DNA of 64,000 bases from Podarcis bocagei (taxonomy: Eukaryota): NCBI GenBank assembly GCA_964188305.1, contig OZ076893.1; one strand, given 5' to 3'. Under the pieces are notes generated by a model, which worked only from the letters and a program-made list of their open reading frames with translations, ran no database searches and was not told the origin of the DNA. This document shows positions 1-10,800 of this stretch, one piece after another. Position numbers and translations under genes: made by a program. Position 1 is the first letter of the stretch. Each line of letters starts with the position of its first letter.

Positions 1-300
1 CGCCGGCGAAGGGAAGGCGGCGCCGACGGTGGGGGCCTGCGCGCAGCGGCAACCGGCGGACCTGCAAGGGCAGCGGCGTCGGAAGAGACCACGACTCGGA
101 GGCTCCTCCTCCCGGAGGCGGGATTGTGTGCGGCCGAAAGGGAAGGCAAATGCTCGCGCTCCCTCTGCAAAACTGAGTCTCTCCTCCTCCTCCTCGTCGT
201 CCTTTAAGTCAAGGCGCAGACACAGGTCGAGACAAACAAAAATTAAATTAATGAATAACCCGTCTGAATTCAGCGCTCTGCCTCAGTGGCCGGGAAGAAG
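1..300. promoter_or_regulatory. CpG island; probable promoter/5' end of the gene downstream of UBR5 (RRM2B by human synteny)
   Basis: GC- and CpG-dense block in an otherwise AT-rich, CpG-poor window; in human RRM2B starts just 3' of UBR5 on the same strand. No RRM2B coding sequence is visible here. Confidence 0.7.
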
Positions 301-369
301 TTTAAGCTTAAAAAAATGTGAACTGGAAGGTATGTAAAATATTGTTTTAACATGCAATCGAGTTTGCAT

Positions 370-446
370 AATAAAAAAATTCCTTCCAGTAGCACCTTAA
401 AGACCAACTAAGTTAGTTCTTGGTATGAGCTTTCGTGTGCATGCAC
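370..446 (-). mobile_element. 5'-truncated Penelope-like element pseudo-LTR fragment (partial hammerhead, catalytic core absent)
   Basis: Exact reverse complement of 63894-63970 (77/77); flanked by direct repeat GTTTGCAT at 362-369 and 447-454. Confidence 0.85.
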
Positions 447-483
447 GTTTGCATGTTCACCCGTCAGCCATGGGTGCTTCAGT

Positions 484-520
484 TGAGATTTCTGCATTGC
501 TTGGGGTTTGGACTAGATGA
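484..520 (+). mobile_element. CR1 LINE 3'-end remnant
   Basis: TTCTGCATTGCTTGGGGTTTGGACTAGATGA resembles the CR1 3' terminus also seen at 47761-47872. Confidence 0.5.
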
Positions 521-641
521 TAGATCTGTTATTATGCTAAACTGATCATCCCAGAGGATCTTGCCCCCTTAAGAGCACTTATTAGTTCTACCTGAAGATG
601 CAGAGATTGAACTTGACCAAGCTTTTGAAGGACACCAGATT

Positions 642-779
642 GGGCTGTGTACACGCCTATATCTTTAAAACCCATTTTAAGCACATTTCAACCAACAGAG
701 AATTACAGGCCCAGTAGTTTGTTAAGGAATTGTAGCTCTGTGAAGGTTAAACTACAGTGCCCAAAGTGTTTTGAAGGGA
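642..779. mobile_element. Non-autonomous DNA transposon fragment
   Basis: TGTAGCTC...AAACTACAGTGCCC internal hairpin motif typical of squamate MITEs. Confidence 0.45.
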
Positions 780-882
780 TCAGAGTTGTCAAAACAAAAA
801 TTAATGGCAAAAAGCTTCCCGAGGATCTCTCCAAATGGGGTGAATGGACAACAGAATAGCAAATGTGATTTCATATAAGTAA
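778..882 (+). mobile_element. CR1 LINE ORF2 (reverse transcriptase C-terminal) fragment
   Basis: Translates IRVVKTK...LPEDLSKWGEWTTE*QM*F, matching the CR1 motif LQxDLxKLxxWxxxWQMxFN, with stops. Confidence 0.7.
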
Positions 883-1585
883 TATATAGGAATAGAGTTT
901 GAGCTGTTTTAAGTGCAGTAAACTTATGAGGATCTGGAAGCTGGCTCCTCTCATTGCTAGATGGTCATTATTTCAATTGACAGCCTCTGTTGGAAAGCAT
1001 CAGTTGCCAAGATAATATGCACAAAAGGATATTTGAAGATCACAAGGCATACAGAGAACATATCATCATCACCATCAAATCTTTTATTGGCATCACATAC
1101 AAACATCCATAAGCAAATCAATACAGAATTCCTGCCTTCCCAGTGACACAAAACATTTGTCAAATGAAAGAGGCAAAGCAGTCTAACATTGCATCTCTAG
1201 GTCTCCAGGGAGATCAGACATCTGCAATGTGTTTCGACAACAAAAAACCAGATAAAGATATTTAGCCACTAACTTGGTGAGCTCCTGATTATTCCCCAAT
1301 AATAGAAAATGTATGACCTCTAACTCTGGTTTCCATTTGGGATGCAGAGTTGATCTAGGAACTGCTGGCAGAGATCAACATATAGTTTACATTTAAGAAC
1401 CATATGTGTAAGAGTTTCCACCTGATGGTCTTCACATGGGCAAATTCTTTCTCCTTCCACCATTCCCGAGAACCGTCATTAGTGGAAGCATCGACTTGAG
1501 CTCCGCATTACTTGTGCAGTTTTTATTAGTTTTATCAGTTTTTATTCAGTTTTTATCAGCCTCAGTATTTTATCTACAACATTTG

Positions 1586-1963
1586 TGTTTTTTTTTTTAA
1601 AGATTTTTATTGGTTTTACAAATTTTAAAAAACAGACAAACACTTAAGAAAACAAACATACACGTATAAATTCATAACATATTTTCATAAACCTCTTTTC
1701 TGGGACTTCCCCATACCCCCCCTTTCTGCATCCCAATGTCTATAATTTTATAGCAACTCCCAGTTGTTACTTTCCAACCTCAGTCATCTTAGTCATCTCT
1801 ATATTCTGACCTTATGTCACTGTATCCCTTTGTTCCTAAGAACCAAAACACTCTAACATTCATTGAGTTTATAATAGTCCTTAAGGTAACTTTTGAATTT
1901 TCTCCATTCTTCTTCCGCTGTCTCTTTTCCTTGGTCACGGATTCTGCCTGTCATCTCAGCCAA
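1586..1963 (-). mobile_element. 5'-truncated L1-clade LINE (ORF2 C-terminus, 3'UTR, poly-A)
   Basis: T-run 1588-1598, AATAAA on minus strand at 1606-1611, peptide LAEMTGRIRDQGKETAEEEW, perfect 19-bp TSD ATTTTATCTACAACATTTG at 1567-1585 and 1964-1982. Confidence 0.85.
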
Positions 1964-2208
1964 ATTTTATCTACAACATTTGGCAGCTTTTCCTTAACTA
2001 ATATATTCACAAAGCTTGAGTTAAAAGCTCAAGTTAAAAGTCTTAGAGAAAGTCCTGGAAAGTCTCGGGGAAAGCCTTAATTAGCTCCAGCTCGACTCAG
2101 TCTACCAACTAATTATCAGCAGGAGTGGCGATTAATTGCTCTATTTTGGGAGGACGCCGAGCTTTCCGATTTACAGCAGAAATTAGTAGTGGCTGCATCT
2201 CCAGGGAA

Positions 2209-2780
2209 ATGACTAGGAAAAAGAAGCGACTGGTCTCATCTCCACAAGTGAGCCCACAGCAGAAGTGCAAGCAGGGTAACTGGATGATTTCGTAAGAGGA
2301 CAGAATTCAGAACCTACCACATCCAACAGAGCACATTCCCAGGTAGGTGAGGACGCTTTAATGGGTGGAGATCACCCAGGGGAGAATGCTGAGACGAGCG
2401 CCCATGAACTATCCCATGAACTACTATCACAGAGGGCACCGCTCTATGCGGAAATACTCAAGGACCACTGTCTGCTAACTGCAAGAACAGTGGAGGAAAT
2501 TAACAGCAAATTAGAAAAGGCAATGTCTCTTTTGACTGAGTTGGTGCTTCTGGTGACCAGAAATGGCTCCCTCAGTTCTAAAGAGGCCGACCACAGCTTT
2601 GCCCTTCCCCCTGACCATCGTGTACAGGGGTGTAACTGGTCTGTACTTGATAACGGAGAGACTACAAATAGTAAAAATAACAATAGTGAAAGTAGGGACC
2701 TAATCCTACAAAGCACTCAAGTAGCTCTCGATATATATCCTTCCAATGGTAAGCTGCCTTACTGGAAATCAACTGACAGC
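2209..2780 (+). mobile_element. Frameshifted ORF1-like 5' remnant of a non-LTR retrotransposon (clade uncertain, possibly RTE-X-like)
   Basis: ATG 2209 MTRKKKRLVSSPQVSPQQKCKQG, then one frameshift joins LDDFVRG... into ORF 2361..2837 with a heptad-like segment TVEEINSKLEKAMSLLTEL; CpG-containing leader from ~1470. Confidence 0.45.
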
Positions 2781-2844
2781 ATGAAGAGAAATTTTAAGCA
2801 GAGAACATATGGAAGAAGGCATGAGATTATATGTTAAAAGTAGC

Positions 2845-3100
2845 ACTTGGTATTCGGCCTGGAACCTCATTGGTAACCAGAGCGGCTCTTCTGAGGACTG
2901 GTATCCTGCGGTCTCTTTGGCATGCCTAGTAATCATTCAGCTGCACTTTGGATCAGTTGTCATTTCTGAACATTCAAAGGCAGGCCTATGGTGCAGTCTT
3001 GAGGTTAGTAGGGCATGTATCACAGTGGTCTGTTACTTGTTTATCAGGAGAGGGTGTAGCAAAAGTACCCTCTGGTTAGAAAAGAGACACTCCTGGCCAC
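2845..3100 (-). mobile_element. L2 LINE ORF2 fragment, degenerate
   Basis: Recognised L2 antisense motifs (CAGCTGCACTTTGGATCAGTTG, CTTGAGGTTAGTAGGGCATG, CTCCTGGCCACA). Confidence 0.55.
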
Positions 3101-3149
3101 AAATAACACTCAAGCACCAAGGAGCAGAACATCCAAGGAGGAGGAACTG

Positions 3150-3290
3150 CAGTGACACTGCTTTCAGTATGGTGGTACCAAACCTGTGGAACTCCCTGCC
3201 AACTGAAATTAGGCAGACACCCCTCCTTGCTGAGATTCAGATACGTGACTAAAACTTTCTTGTTCCAGTATTCTTTTTAAGGTAGTGTTC
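3150..3290 (+). mobile_element. L2 LINE ORF2 C-terminal fragment
   Basis: AFSMVVPNLWNSLPTEIRQTP matches the L2 motif AFSVxAPxLWNSLPxxIR. Confidence 0.75.
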
Positions 3291-5584
3291 AGTTGTATGA
3301 TCAATTGCTCAGAATTGTAATATTTTGTTGAAATGAAGTTCATTTCTTACATTGGGAGGCACTTTGACTAGACAAAGTCCCTTCCAAACTCTCTGGTTCT
3401 GTGGTATGGATTCAGCTAAACAGTTGCGCTAGTGAGAGGAGTGCACTACTACGAGAACAATCTCCCCTCTTCTCCCCCATGGGCCCCCCAAATCAGCTCT
3501 AGGGGGTCAGGAGAGCCCTCAAAACTCACAGGGGGGAGGCAGCAAGATCGTTCCACCTAGCAAGCTGAAATGCTTGTGCTGATGGAGCCATGGTAATAGC
3601 GCAACAGTGAAGTCTACCCTCTGAGTCTATTACCACCTTCAAAGCTCTGAAAAGCTATAGGCTATATACATGTCTGTAGACTATACATAAAGCTGTAAAC
3701 CTAGAGGATTAATTTGTCATCCTGTTTATAACTTAATGACTGCAATCCAAGCCAGAGGGATGACTCAAGAAATGTTCCGCTGAAAGATGACATCGCAAAA
3801 CCATATGCCCATCTCAGCCTCCAAGGTAACTTGAATGGACACTCCTTCGCTAAAAGTATTTACTTAGGTATATGACCCTGCAAAGAGGGTTGGGCATTAT
3901 CTCATTCGGCAATAATCACCATCTGTTGTTGACCTCTCTTTGGTTCCAAAGTTGACCTTTGCTCAGTGTCTGGCCAGCCAAAAAAGCTTTTGGAAGATTG
4001 TGTTGAAATTCTTGCAGTGTAAGGAGTCTCAAAAGATTTCATCCAGTGGTATTCAAACATTTATCTGGGATGCATACCAGACTTGTTTTTAAAAAAATAT
4101 ATCCTAAAACTCATGCAGCACTTTTGTGGGTCATGCAGTGCACTGAAGATGATGTCATAGATGGAAGTGCATAAGACTATAAAGAATCAACTCCACCAAG
4201 ACCAGAGTAAATCAGTTCACCTAGGAAGCTAGAGAGCCTTAAAACAAATGGATTTCATGTATATTTCAATCGTTTGAAGATCACTCTTGCTTGCAGGTGC
4301 CTGGTAGAGTGAAATAAAATATCCATCTCCTGCAACTTTCACAAACCCCTTGGCACATAATGGCAGGGGTGAATGGAGAGCTGTATTCCAAACCATCTTA
4401 GCATTGGTGAAGGCTTATCTGCCGCATAATTCTTATTTGTCTTTCTTTGCAGTACTTGTACTGTACTTTTCAGTTTACCAAGATGCTTATTTCAGGGATT
4501 TACATGTGATGATTTACTGGTGTCTTTACTATTAAATGTCCCATCTCAAATCCTTCGTACTGTGATAAATATGTTTGCTCTTACATTTGCCTGTTTCAGT
4601 TGGGTAGCGCAGGCCTGCTTGCCAAACAGTAAAGGATATGTAAGATAGCAGTTGTTAGATATCTAAACAAGTTTATATTTAGTTTCAAACTGCTGCTTGC
4701 AAAATGAGACAATTTTTGCATCATATGTCTGCTTGAAAGACTGAGGCCCCATTTAACATTTGCTGCTCACTCCATCTCAGGTTAGGCTTAACTAATGGAA
4801 AAATAACAAAATCAAGCAATATACAGTGAATAATTGTGAACACACAGGCTGCAGTGCTTGACCCTCTCTCACATTGTCCTTATGGATGATGGTGACAGAC
4901 GACCCCCTTCCCTACCCCCTGACACCATCTCCTGGCAGAAGACCAAGAACCCATGGTCAGCAGGCCAAAGTGACTCACACATGTTAACTTCAAGCCAATG
5001 GGCTCAATAACTACCAGGGAAACAGGCTTGAGAAGAAACCCAGTTCCATTTTGAAATCTGGGAGCATTAGTATCAGCTTTCAAACCAGCACTGTGTGTTG
5101 CAATACACAATCGAAGAAACCACATCTAGCTTCAAAGAACTAAAGTTTTCCTACTGCTTTTTCTTTTACTCTATACCACATATTTAAAAGAAACTAACTT
5201 AAGCCAGACAGCAATGTGGTGTACAATTTTAATAAACATTTCTTATGAAAAGCTTGATACTGTTCAAATATACAGAGAAAAGCTATTTATATAGCTACAT
5301 ATACATCTTGAGTCAATGACTACAGCATAAATCATTCTAGCTTTCCCCTTCGGTTAGAGTATCAGCAAAGTGTTTTCTACATGTATATATTTTCTTTTTA
5401 GGCTACTATATCGGGCTTGTTGACTGTGTAGTTTTATCCTGCTGTGATTGTTGTAAAACAGCTATGTTATATACATAATTATACATATAACATATGGATA
5501 TGCTATATATACACAGGTTATATATAACAATACTTTACAATATACACAGCCTTTCATAAGAGGGCTCTGGAAGAGATTAACCTT

Positions 5585-5725
5585 ATTAAGCCTCAACACC
5601 TCAGTGAGGTAGGTAGCTATCATTATTTTACAGAATGTGAGTAAGAGGCCCAGAGACATTAAGTAACTTGCCATAAAAGCCAGTAGCAGATTCAGGAACA
5701 GAATCCAAAACTTTATATCCACTGA
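5585..5725 (-). mobile_element. MIR-like CORE-SINE, old
   Basis: GTGAGGTAGG...ATTTTACAGA...GAGGCCCAGAGA...TTAAGTAACTTGCC core motif. Confidence 0.65.
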
Positions 5726-6644
5726 ATACATCACCAGAAACTCCATCCTTATCCCTCAAAGGGCTGTCAAAGGGGAAACTAATTAGTTCATCAATACATG
5801 CAGGGGGGGGGGGAATATTTTTTTAAAGCACCTGCAGTTATTCCCTAACTATACAAGTCTGGCACAGTCACCTTTAAGAGAACAAACAGTCTTCAGAGTC
5901 TACTGCATGGAGGTCAGAGATGTGCTCTAGCGAGCTTCCCCAAGGCCTGTCAGAGTTAGATTTTTCTGTAGAAGGCAGCCATTCTATTTTTAAGCTAAGG
6001 CAGAAAGGGGCTTGAATGCTGTTGTTAAGGGTGAGTGGGGGAGAGGAGCAGTTTTCCACTTTGGTAGAAATTTAAGCAAGTTTGCAGCGATGTGCTGTTC
6101 TCTCCCCACCCACCCCCCAGCCAAGAACCACGGGGACAGGGGAACAACTGAAGCCAAACAATCATAATGGAAAGAGCTTTATGTCTAGTAGGAGATGGTG
6201 AGCAAGCAACAACACAGAGCCTCCCCCTTTCGGACATCACTTAAGAACTAAACAAAATGGGACCCTGGCGTACTGAAATACAAGAGGACTCTCTCCCCTT
6301 CATTGTAAAAATGTTTAATTAAAAAAAAAAAGCAAGCACTCAGCGCACCACAATACATTTGGCAAACTTTTCTTTGTGCTGATTGAACAAAACTACATTA
6401 CGCCTCCATCTTGTACAGCCTGGTGAAAACAAGAGAGCTTGCCAGGGCAGGGCAGTTCTGCTAACTGTAAAATGTGGGCTGAACTCCTTCCATTTCGACT
6501 GAAGATGAGAATGAGTTTTATTCACTTATGCAATTTAGAGTGGCTTAGTGAATGACTGTGGTGTGTGGTGATAACTAGGATTATACAGGCTATATAAATA
6601 AAAACTATTGTTTCTTCAGTATGACTTTGTACTTTTGTCTGTAA

Positions 6645-6650
6645 TTTATT
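6645..6650 (-). terminator. UBR5: Candidate distal polyadenylation signal of UBR5
   Basis: AATAAA on minus strand ~950 nt after the stop; another at 6517-6522. Confidence 0.4.
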
Positions 6651-7203
6651 AAAAACTGTAACAAGATACTTAAAAAAGGCTAGATACAAAAGTAGTTAAG
6701 CTGCTCACGAACATTAAATTTCTTCAAAATGTACCTTCAAATAATCATGATCTTATAAACATTTTACAGTTACCAGGTAGTGCCTAGGCTGAAATTTTAA
6801 ACAGTCTGAGACACAGCAGAACAAGTGTCCAGGTTGGAGTTGGAAGTGGAACAACCTTCTGACTGATTGCTCGAGGAAAGAGGGATACAAAAATGTTGAT
6901 TGTGAACGATTAAATACTGTGCATTGGCTTCCTTGTTATGTACAAAAAGATCCTCACTAAGGTATACAGATTACATGCAAAACATTAGTGGTGGTATTTG
7001 TGTGCCAGAGTCCAATGCAAAGAGACAAAACTTGCAATGGCAGTGGTTTTTTTGTAAGCAAACGTGAATGATTTCAACTCTTAGCTCTAACTGGCAAGAA
7101 CTTTTTACAAGTTCAATATACATGATGCACAACTGCAGCCAACCACAAAATTAAACACCATTAAAAAAAAAAGTTAAAATAAAACACAGAACATACTTCA
7201 TCT

Positions 7204-7209
7204 TTTATT
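7204..7209 (-). terminator. UBR5: Candidate proximal polyadenylation signal of UBR5
   Basis: AATAAA on minus strand ~390 nt after the stop, followed by GU/U-rich TGTTCTGTGTTTTATTTTAACTTTTTTTTT. Confidence 0.65.
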
Positions 7210-7600
7210 TTGAAATTCCCTACTCCCTCTATACATGAACCTTTGCTGAAGCACTTTCCACAAAGGCAGCAGTGAATTTTCTTAGAACATTTTACATATT
7301 CCTTCCCCACCCTCCCCCGGCAAAAAGCTAAATCACAGTGTAATTTATATTGTTCTGCTGTCATCTTTGGCTGGGGTTGGCCAGGAAGCCGGCAACTAGC
7401 AAATGGTTACAGTCCGACATTGCTAGTGCTCCTTCGGCCCCTTGGGTTGCAAACTCAATACAGGAATGTTGCATTTAGTCATTGCAATACCAGCAGGGAG
7501 AGTATGACAGCATTAACTTTCATAAACTTTTATAGACAAATGGAAAATCTACAAAAAAACTAGCTATTAATATTACACAGCAATACACACTTTTTATACT

Positions 7601-7813
7601 CTACACAAAACCAAAATTTTTGGTCTTAATGGCGAGTAGCAACTTCTGCTTGAGAATCTGTTTAGAAGAATACAGAGGGACATAAAGGCGAGAAATACAA
7701 GTGTTCGCTGTAGGAAGGTGTTGGTCATCTGGCGGCCTTATCGTGATGGATGGCATGGGCTGAAATCCTTCTTCGCTAGCAGGCAAGGATGGGCTTGACG
7801 TCCAGAAATAAAC
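7601..7813 (-). CDS. UBR5: UBR5 exon 59 (HECT C-lobe, catalytic Cys codon 7697-7699, stop TAG)
   Basis: [17 protein letters not shown]...[12 protein letters not shown]...KNFGFV*. Confidence 0.97.
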   Translation of the reverse strand, partial: VYFWTSSPSLPASEEGFQPMPSITIRPPDDQHLPTANTCISRLYVPLYSSKQILKQKLLLAIKTKNFGFV

Positions 7814-10800
7814 CTAAGGTGCAAATAAACAGTGACCTGTTAATGATTTGGGGAGGGGGGAATTCACATGCCAATTTTATATTTCAGTGGCATGCGGTGA
7901 AATTTATCGTAGAGGGACAGTTAGGGCCAGAGGCGCCAGCTTCCAAGGGCAATGGGGGGGGGGGAGACGTTGCATACATGACGTCCTGACGTCACACACA
8001 TGAGAATCGGCCTTTGGGCATGTGGAGGGAGGACTCTTGGACCCCATCAGAGCATTGTGCTCTGGGCTTTGGGAAGCAGGCAGCAGGTTTAAATACTTCA
8101 ATACTCTAATTTACTGGGAACATTTAAGGCACTAGCCTAGTCCCTCATGTCCACACTTCGTTGTTACTAATGTTACATCCCTTTATGCCAAAATCCTGTT
8201 GATTCAAACAATATTTAAGATGTTATCTGTCAGCACCATCTTTGAGTCTTTGTTTTTCCACAAATAATGGAGCTCTATGGTAGAAAAAATAATTAACACA
8301 GAGCTTGAATTGGTTAATAACCAGTAACAGAAATCTACAATGCTCAGATAACAAATGTGAAGCATTTCAGAAAATGACCATCTCATTATTAGTTTTATGA
8401 GAGTAACTAAAAGTAATCCACTCGAGATTCTCATTGTCCAGTCTTTTAAAAAACTCAAATGTTGAAATCAGAAATAACGCCCAAGGGGAAATGTTACTGA
8501 TTTTCTTTTTTTATGGCAGACTCTGTATTATATTGTAGCCTGATTTTGATACTCCCCCCTCAGCTTCAAAAGAGGTTTGAAATGTACCAGGAGGAACCAA
8601 TCTTGAAGAGACTCCAAATCCCAAACTCCTGAGTGATTGAAGTTGCTCTTTGGGCCCAGGAGGAAATGATACCATACTGGGGTAGTTAAAATAAGAAACT
8701 TGTTTTTCTCCCCAATGTGGAGTCATCTAGTACCAACAGGGATTAACAAATCCCATATGTTGACCAAAAGAAAGAATACTTACTAGATCTTGCCTTTCAG
8801 TCATACTCATCTTCTCAACTATGGACCAAAACCAACGTTTGAACTGCAAAAGCTTTTCAGCGTTTTCTCCTGTTCAAAAATGAAATAAATTAACAGAAGA
8901 GCAGGCAGATAATAACATTTAGTTGTGGATATCAGAAAGTGGACTTAATGGAAATACTCTGGTTGTGCAAATAGAAACAACCAACTGTGAATTAAAATGC
9001 CAATAAGAGCAGGCAGAGGGATCCAAGGACATGGTTTCACTAGACTACTTTTAGTACGCAAGTAATAGTTTATATTAGAAAGGTCTGAAGAGACTGGTGT
9101 GAAGGAGAAACGGATAGGCCATCTGCACTGTGATTTTTGTAGATCTGCAAAAATCTCCAAATACAATGGAGAGACACGGGGCTGGATGCAACCAACCCAT
9201 TCTGCTAGCACTCTGAGCAAGGATTCCCACTAGGGCAACAGGGCTTTCTCTCCCTCTTCAGTCCCCCAAAACCTATTCTGGAGGGCCGGAAGAACCCCTA
9301 GATCAGCATGTGGCAGGAGGAGAGGGGAGATCATTCCATCAGGCAAACACAAATGCTTGCTCACACTGAATTTCCCCCATAGTCTGCATGCTTCAGGAAA
9401 CATTGCATTTGTCTAACCAATATGCAGGGGGGGAAGCAGTCTGGAGCAATATTACTGCTGCACGACTAAAAGATTACAGAAAGATTTTCATACCTGATTC
9501 ATCATTGAAGGACGTAAAGCTGATTAGCATTTGCACATTAACTTCACCACAGCCATTTACGAGAAGCCTGAAATCCTCTGCTGTTAAGTCTTCTAATGAA
9601 TTCTTTGGAAGTACATCCAGCAGACCTTTCCTCATTGCCTGAAAAAGCCACAATAATTTTAACTTAAACACTACCAGGAACCGCATATTGGCTGGTTACT
9701 GCACAACTAGATGGAAAGAACCAATGACTGGCAGATAAATCTGTGTGTCATGGCAAGTGAGCTATTGTCTTCTGGCAAGCATTATGAAGGGAGCCCTGCA
9801 CTCGGAAGATGGAGCTTGGCGACGGGGTTGTACTGGGCTTTCTGAGTTGTGGAGGAGAACTGAGAACTTTACACGGCCTCATGTAGAGGGACAGAGCAAG
9901 GTCAGGAACAAGAGGAGAGGCAGAATCTTGAGGTTGCAGCAAACAAAGTTCTACTCAAGAGTACTGAAGCTGCTGGACATAAGTAAGCAATGCCCCTTAA
10001 TTTCCATGGGTCTATTCCAAGTATTACTAACATTGGCTCCAACCCTTGGTGTTTACAAGCTTTGGCCTGGCTATTAAGGTCAGCCAACATTTGTGGACAC
10101 CTGATTTCTAGCATGTTGAGTTGTAGCAGGGGTCCCATTTGTTCCTCATGACATGGCTTGTGTTTACTTCTGCATAGGAATCACCGGCCAATAAGGCAGC
10201 ACCTTCACCACCCAGAAAGTTATTATAATCACAAACATCAAGCGAGATACTTTTTTCATCTCAAGGTATTAATACAAAATTTCTACTTCTCTTTTTCCTG
10301 ATTGAATGGCCAAACAAACTAAAAAGTCAACTTGCACCAGCTGTCAGAAGTGACAGCTGGAAAAAAAAAACACCTGGCCTCCTTCCTCCAAAAGGGGAGA
10401 AACTAGGAGAGCAGAGCCTGAAGAATAATATGCTCACACTCAAATCATAAGGAAGACCAGCACTTCCTGTGCTATTTGTAAATTTCACAGGGGCATTATA
10501 ATCCTGCAGGTGAGCAGTAGAAACCCTCTTGGCAACTGTTGTTTGCTCAGTTTCAGGGACTGCGCAGGAATTGTGATGTATCGATTCAAAGACACAGTTC
10601 TATGCAAATTATCAAATGTGAGTAAGAAAACATCAAAGTAAGCCAACGCCTTTCAACGGTACTACTTACGTGTAGAGGTTGTTCTGCAACTACCAACATT
10701 CTGTGCTCTGCGTATTTTCGGACATATTCATAAACGTTTTGAGGAGTGACTGGTATATTTACACCATTGGAGATAAGTTCAACCTAGGAAAATATTGTGA

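Noticed and set aside
29-337. 102-aa ORF in the CpG island
   Set aside because: GTG start and low-complexity Arg/Ser composition typical of chance ORFs in GC-rich DNA; no recognisable homology
348-458. CATG-centred half-sites resembling a p53 response element near the putative RRM2B promoter
   Set aside because: Poor match to RRRCWWGYYY in the flanks, wrong spacing, and split by a retroelement insertion
2361-3252. ORFs of 158 and 147 aa as host genes
   Set aside because: Better explained as retroelement remnants (frameshifted ORF1-like segment and L2 pieces); no splice structure
10769-10771. Ser in place of the Pro I recall in human VELIPNG (HECT N-lobe)
   Set aside because: Single substitution whose variability among vertebrates I cannot assess; no basis for a functional claim
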